DNA from: a bacterium
Lineage (GTDB): Bacteria > Bacillota_I > Bacilli_A > RFN20 > CAG-826
Direction: 5' to 3'
Length of the DNA stretch: 29,116 nucleotides
Assembly: GCA_963644775.1 (NCBI GenBank)
Contig: CAVIPD010000043.1
Coordinates: 1 to 29,116, forward strand
Both the position numbers and the translations under genes were made by a program. Shown here one piece after another: positions 25,258 to 29,116 of the stretch. Under the pieces are notes generated by a model. That model saw only the letters and a program-made list of their open reading frames with translations. It was not told the origin of the DNA and searched no databases. Position 1 is the stretch's first letter. Every line of letters begins with the position of its first letter.

Positions 25258-26811
25258 ATGTGGTACGCTGTTACTGGCATTGGTGCTGCTCTTTTAGGTG
25301 CAATTATCGCTTTTATTATCATTAAACTCGTTCCTGCTTTTCAAGCAAAGAGTGCTGATAAAAAAGCTGATAAAATTATCCGCGATGCAGAAATCAAAGC
25401 TGAACAAATTAGAAAAAATGCCCAATTAGATGGCAAACAAACAATTGCTGAAATGAAGCAAGAAGCTGAGAAAGATATTCGTGAAAGAAAACAAGAATAT
25501 GCTCAACTTGAAAACAAACTTAACCAAAGAGAAACGAACATTGATAAACGTGATGCAAATTTGCTTAACAAAGAAAACGCTATTGAAGAAAAAAATGAAA
25601 CTCTTTCAAGAAGATTAAAAGAATGCGATAAAAAAGAAGCAGTTCTTCAAAGCAAAATTGATTCAATTATCGCTGAGCTTGAAAAGGTAGCGCAATTATC
25701 TGTTAAGGAAGCACGTGAAGAAATTTTTGCACGTGTTGAAAGCAAGATGTCAATGGAAATTGCATCTTACATCAAAAACAAAGAAGATGAAGCTAAAGCA
25801 GAAGTTGATGAAAAAGCTAAGAATATTCTTGGACTTGCAATCAGCAAATTTTCACAAGACGCTGTCACAGAAAGAACAGTTTGCACTGTTGCTCTTCCAA
25901 GTGACGAAATGAAAGGTCGTATTATTGGTCGTGAAGGACGTAACATTCGTTCGCTCGAACAACTTTTAGGAGTAGATTTAATTATCGATGATACTCCAGA
26001 AGTTATCACAGTTAGTTGTTTCAATCCAATTAGAAGAGAAATTGCTCATAAAACACTTGATATTCTTGTTCGTGACGGAAGAATTCAACCAGGTAGAATT
26101 GAAGAAGTTACAGCAAAAGTTAAAGCTGAAATGGATGAGTCAATTCGTAAAGCTGGTGAAGAAGCTGCATTTAAACTTGGTTTACCAAAGATTAATAAGG
26201 ATTTATTAATGTATGTCGGTAGACTTAAATATCGTACTTCATACGGTCAAAATGCATATGATCATTCAATGGAAGTCGCGTATTTAGCAGGAATTATGGC
26301 TGCAGAACTTGGTCTAGATCAAAACTTAGCAAAACGTGCTGGTTTATTACACGATATTGGTAAAGCAGTTGATTTTGAACAAGAAGGTTCGCACGTTGAA
26401 CTAGGTGCAAGACTTGCTAAGAAGTATAACGAACCAGAAGTAGTTATTAATTCAATTGAATCTCACCACGGTGACAAAGATGCAAAATTTATTATTGCTA
26501 ATTTAGTTCAAGCAGCTGACACATTATCAGCAGCTCGTCCAGGTGCAAGAAGTGAAACCCTTGAAAATTACATTAAACGTATTGAACAACTTGAATCAAT
26601 CTGCAAATCATATGATGGAGTGTATCAATGCTTTGCTATGCAATCAGGACGTGAAGTTCGCGTTATGGTTATTCCAGATAAGGTTGATGACCTTCAAGCG
26701 TTCAAACTCGCTCGTGACATTCGTGAAAGAATTGAAACTGAAATGACCTATCCAGGACAAATCAAGGTTTCAGTTATTCGTGAATATCGTGCTGTTGAAA
26801 CAGCAAAATAA
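25258..26811 (+). CDS. rny: Ribonuclease Y
   Basis: N-terminal TM helix, coiled coil, KH domain ([14 protein letters not shown]) and HD domain ([27 protein letters not shown]). RBS AGGAGGT. Confidence 0.98.
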   Translation: MWYAVTGIGAALLGAIIAFIIIKLVPAFQAKSADKKADKIIRDAEIKAEQIRKNAQLDGKQTIAEMKQEAEKDIRERKQEYAQLENKLNQRETNIDKRDANLLNKENAIEEKNETLSRRLKECDKKEAVLQSKIDSIIAELEKVAQLSVKEAREEIFARVESKMSMEIASYIKNKEDEAKAEVDEKAKNILGLAISKFSQDAVTERTVCTVALPSDEMKGRIIGREGRNIRSLEQLLGVDLIIDDTPEVITVSCFNPIRREIAHKTLDILVRDGRIQPGRIEEVTAKVKAEMDESIRKAGEEAAFKLGLPKINKDLLMYVGRLKYRTSYGQNAYDHSMEVAYLAGIMAAELGLDQNLAKRAGLLHDIGKAVDFEQEGSHVELGARLAKKYNEPEVVINSIESHHGDKDAKFIIANLVQAADTLSAARPGARSETLENYIKRIEQLESICKSYDGVYQCFAMQSGREVRVMVIPDKVDDLQAFKLARDIRERIETEMTYPGQIKVSVIREYRAVETAK

Positions 26812-26824
26812 TAAATAAAATATT

Positions 26825-27610
26825 ATGCGTATATTATTCTTTGGGGATATTGTCGGTAAAGTTGGAAGAAGTGCTATTAAGCATTATCTTTCAACACTGA
26901 CTGATAAATATCAAATAGATTTTGTTATCGCTAATGGCGAAAATGTTACGCATGGAAAAGGCTTAATTGAAAAGCATTATTACGAATTACTTGATTATGG
27001 AGTTGATGCTATAACATTAGGCAATCATTATTATTCAAAAAATAGAATTGTAGATTATATCGATGATGCTGATTGTTTAATTAGACCACTTAATATTGAG
27101 AAAAACATAGGTGGTTTAGGATCGAGGCTATTTGAAGTTAATGGCCATTTGGTTAGAGTCACAAATCTTCTTGGTGTTTCATACATGAAAGAAGAAGTAA
27201 TTCAACCATATCAATCACTTAACGAATTACTTGAAGAAACAAAAGGTGAAGATTCGATTCATATTGTTGATTATCATGGCGAAGCTACAGGCGAAAAGAT
27301 TTGTTTTGGTTATGTTTTCGATGGTCGTGTTAGTGCGGTTGTTGGTACACATACTCATGTGCAAACAAGCGACGCTCATATATTAGAAAACGGCACGGGC
27401 TATATTTCTGATGTTGGAATGTGTGGAGCATATAATGGTGTGCTTGGTTTTGAAAGAAATAGTGTAATTAACAAAACTGTATTTGGCAGCGAATCTCGTT
27501 TTGAACTTAAAGATGAAGATAAAGAACTTATAAACGCGGTTGTTATTGATGTTGATGAAGTGACTAAGAAATGTAAAGAAATATTCTCAATTAGAGTTGT
27601 TGGAGAGTAG
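26825..27610 (+). CDS. ymdB: YmdB-family (TIGR00282) metallophosphoesterase
   Basis: GDIVG, NGEN, TLGNH, DYHGEATGEK, VGTHTHVQT, DVGMCG. Follows rny. Confidence 0.95.
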   Translation: MRILFFGDIVGKVGRSAIKHYLSTLTDKYQIDFVIANGENVTHGKGLIEKHYYELLDYGVDAITLGNHYYSKNRIVDYIDDADCLIRPLNIEKNIGGLGSRLFEVNGHLVRVTNLLGVSYMKEEVIQPYQSLNELLEETKGEDSIHIVDYHGEATGEKICFGYVFDGRVSAVVGTHTHVQTSDAHILENGTGYISDVGMCGAYNGVLGFERNSVINKTVFGSESRFELKDEDKELINAVVIDVDEVTKKCKEIFSIRVVGE

Positions 27611-27612
27611 TT

Positions 27613-29055
27613 ATGGCTAATAAATGTGAATTTATATCATTACCTGATAATAATTTAGAGAGAAATAGAAATATTTCATTCTCTTTTAATTACGATGAAA
27701 TCATAGTTCCATCAAAGGTGAAGGAGTTTGCTAAAGGCAAAAAATATTTTATTCGCACTTATGGCTGTCAGGCTAATTATCGTGATGAAGAAATCATGGC
27801 GGGTATTTTAGAAAATGCCGGATTTACAAAAGCAAAAGATGAAGTGTCAAGTGATTTAATTATCTTAAATACATGTGCAGTTAGAGAAAACGCCGAAGAT
27901 AAAGTGTTTGGTAAGATTGGTGAACTTAAAACTTATAAACAATCTAATAAAGGTACGATTATTGCTGTCTCAGGTTGTATGGTTCAACAAAAACATATTA
28001 TCGAGAAGATACTTGACATTTATAAACATGTTGATTTGATTTTCGGTACTCATAATATTACTGATTTATTAACTATGTTAAATGAAGTTATTTGTAAAAG
28101 AGTAAGACTTGTTGATGTTAAATCTATTCCAGGAGATATTAAAGAAAATTTACCTAGTGTTAGACAATCATCATTTAAAGCGTTTGTTAATATTTCTTAT
28201 GGCTGCGATAAATTTTGTACATACTGCATTGTTCCTTACACTAGAGGAAAAGAACGAAGCCGTAAAATGGAAGATATTATTAATGAATGCAAGCAATTAA
28301 AAGATGCAGGGTATAAAGAAGTTACATTACTTGGTCAAAATGTTAATGCTTATGGCAAAGATTTAAAAGATGGAAGTTCATTTGCTAAACTTCTTGATGA
28401 AGTTGCAAAACTAGGAATACCACGTGTTAGATTTTTAACATCGCATCCATGGGATTTTAAAGAAAATATGGTGGATGTTATTGCAAAACATGATAATATC
28501 ATGAAATACATTCATCTACCTGTTCAGTCTGGTTCTAATGAAATACTTCATTTAATGGGTAGAAGATACACCAAAGAGCAATACAAAGCTTTAGTTGATA
28601 TGATTAAAGCCAAGATTCCTAATGTCGCGATTTCAACAGATATTATTGTTGGATTTCCAAATGAATCATATGAGCAATTCCTTGAAACGGTGGAGATGGT
28701 TAAATATGTTAAATATGATTCAGCATTTACATTCATTTATTCACCAAGAAACGGCACTCCTGCTGCCAAAATCAAAGATAATGTCACAAATAAAGAAAAA
28801 TCATTGCGTTTTAGAGAACTTGTTAAAGAACTTGAAAAAACAATCAAAATTTCTAGCGATAAGATGATTGGCAAAACATTTAACGTCTTAGTTGAAGGAA
28901 CATCTGAAAAAGATTCTACGATGTTATCTGGATATACTGAACAAAATAAACTTGTTCACTTTAAAGGTGATCTTTCCTTAGTAGGTCAAATCATTAAAGT
29001 TAAAATAAATGAATCACATTTATATTCACTTATCGGGGAAATCGTAAATGAATAA
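27613..29055 (+). CDS. miaB: tRNA methylthiotransferase MiaB
   Basis: TYGCQAN, NTCAVRENAE, SGCM, radical SAM motif GCDKFCTYCIVPYTRG, TDIIVGFP, and a C-terminal TRAM-like domain. Confidence 0.96.
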   Translation: MANKCEFISLPDNNLERNRNISFSFNYDEIIVPSKVKEFAKGKKYFIRTYGCQANYRDEEIMAGILENAGFTKAKDEVSSDLIILNTCAVRENAEDKVFGKIGELKTYKQSNKGTIIAVSGCMVQQKHIIEKILDIYKHVDLIFGTHNITDLLTMLNEVICKRVRLVDVKSIPGDIKENLPSVRQSSFKAFVNISYGCDKFCTYCIVPYTRGKERSRKMEDIINECKQLKDAGYKEVTLLGQNVNAYGKDLKDGSSFAKLLDEVAKLGIPRVRFLTSHPWDFKENMVDVIAKHDNIMKYIHLPVQSGSNEILHLMGRRYTKEQYKALVDMIKAKIPNVAISTDIIVGFPNESYEQFLETVEMVKYVKYDSAFTFIYSPRNGTPAAKIKDNVTNKEKSLRFRELVKELEKTIKISSDKMIGKTFNVLVEGTSEKDSTMLSGYTEQNKLVHFKGDLSLVGQIIKVKINESHLYSLIGEIVNE

Positions 29056-29116
29056 ATTTGAGGATGCTTTAAATAATCTAAAAGATGAACTTTACTCCGA
29101 ACCAGTGGTTAAGGAG
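29048..29116 (+). CDS. 3'-truncated CDS, probably YmcA/RicA (YlbF family)
   Basis: ATG 29048 overlaps the end of miaB, and MNKFEDALNNLKDELYSEPVVKE... is open to the window end. The family call rests mainly on the miaB-ymcA gene order in Bacilli. Confidence 0.55.
   Translation, partial: MNKFEDALNNLKDELYSEPVVKE

Noticed and set aside
2810..28867. Numerous 60-112 aa nested or antisense ORFs (e.g. 2810-3127, 4655-4852, 8853-9047, 11366-11641, 12949-13287, 15476-15787, 17080-17373, 25767-26024, 28622-28867)
   Set aside because: All lie within well-supported genes in alternative frames or on the opposite strand and show no recognisable domains. They are expected by chance.
1..29116. CRISPR arrays, IS/prophage/integrase genes, defence or toxin-antitoxin loci, tRNA or rRNA genes
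   Set aside because: I saw no regularly spaced repeats, transposase or integrase motifs, or tRNA/rRNA signatures. Intergenic spaces are short and accounted for.

Overview
An AT-rich chromosomal segment from a low-GC Bacillota (Bacilli) genome. It uses the standard genetic code (TGA is a stop in mnmG and the DEDDh nuclease gene). The condensed gene order suggests a genome-reduced lineage such as the Erysipelotrichales/RFN20/RF39 neighbourhood, which is an inference only. Content is almost all housekeeping: gpsA (5'-partial)-thyA-folA; hit; two large tandem lipoproteins (one a clear PrsA/parvulin foldase, the other an apparently non-catalytic relative); sufCDSUB-mnmG-rsmG; FMN riboswitch-ribU; a small ferredoxin missed by the ORF track; a tail-anchored protein-cmk-der-hup; a very short CCA-type nucleotidyltransferase; dnaD-nth; recU plus a DEDDh exonuclease; gpsB-rnpB (B-type RNase P RNA)-pgsA-cinA(C-terminal only)-recA; an MFS transporter; rny-ymdB-miaB and the start of a RicA/YmcA-like gene. 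I saw no mobile element, CRISPR array, rRNA or tRNA. The best candidates for undescribed biology are: the oversized PrsA/pseudo-PrsA lipoprotein pair; the 204-aa CCA enzyme lacking most of its C-terminal half; loss of ponA from its locus while GpsB and a possible GpsB-binding tail-anchored protein remain; a structured leader in front of RNase Y; and several apparently leaderless genes. All product calls come from motif and synteny recognition by eye. No database search was run.
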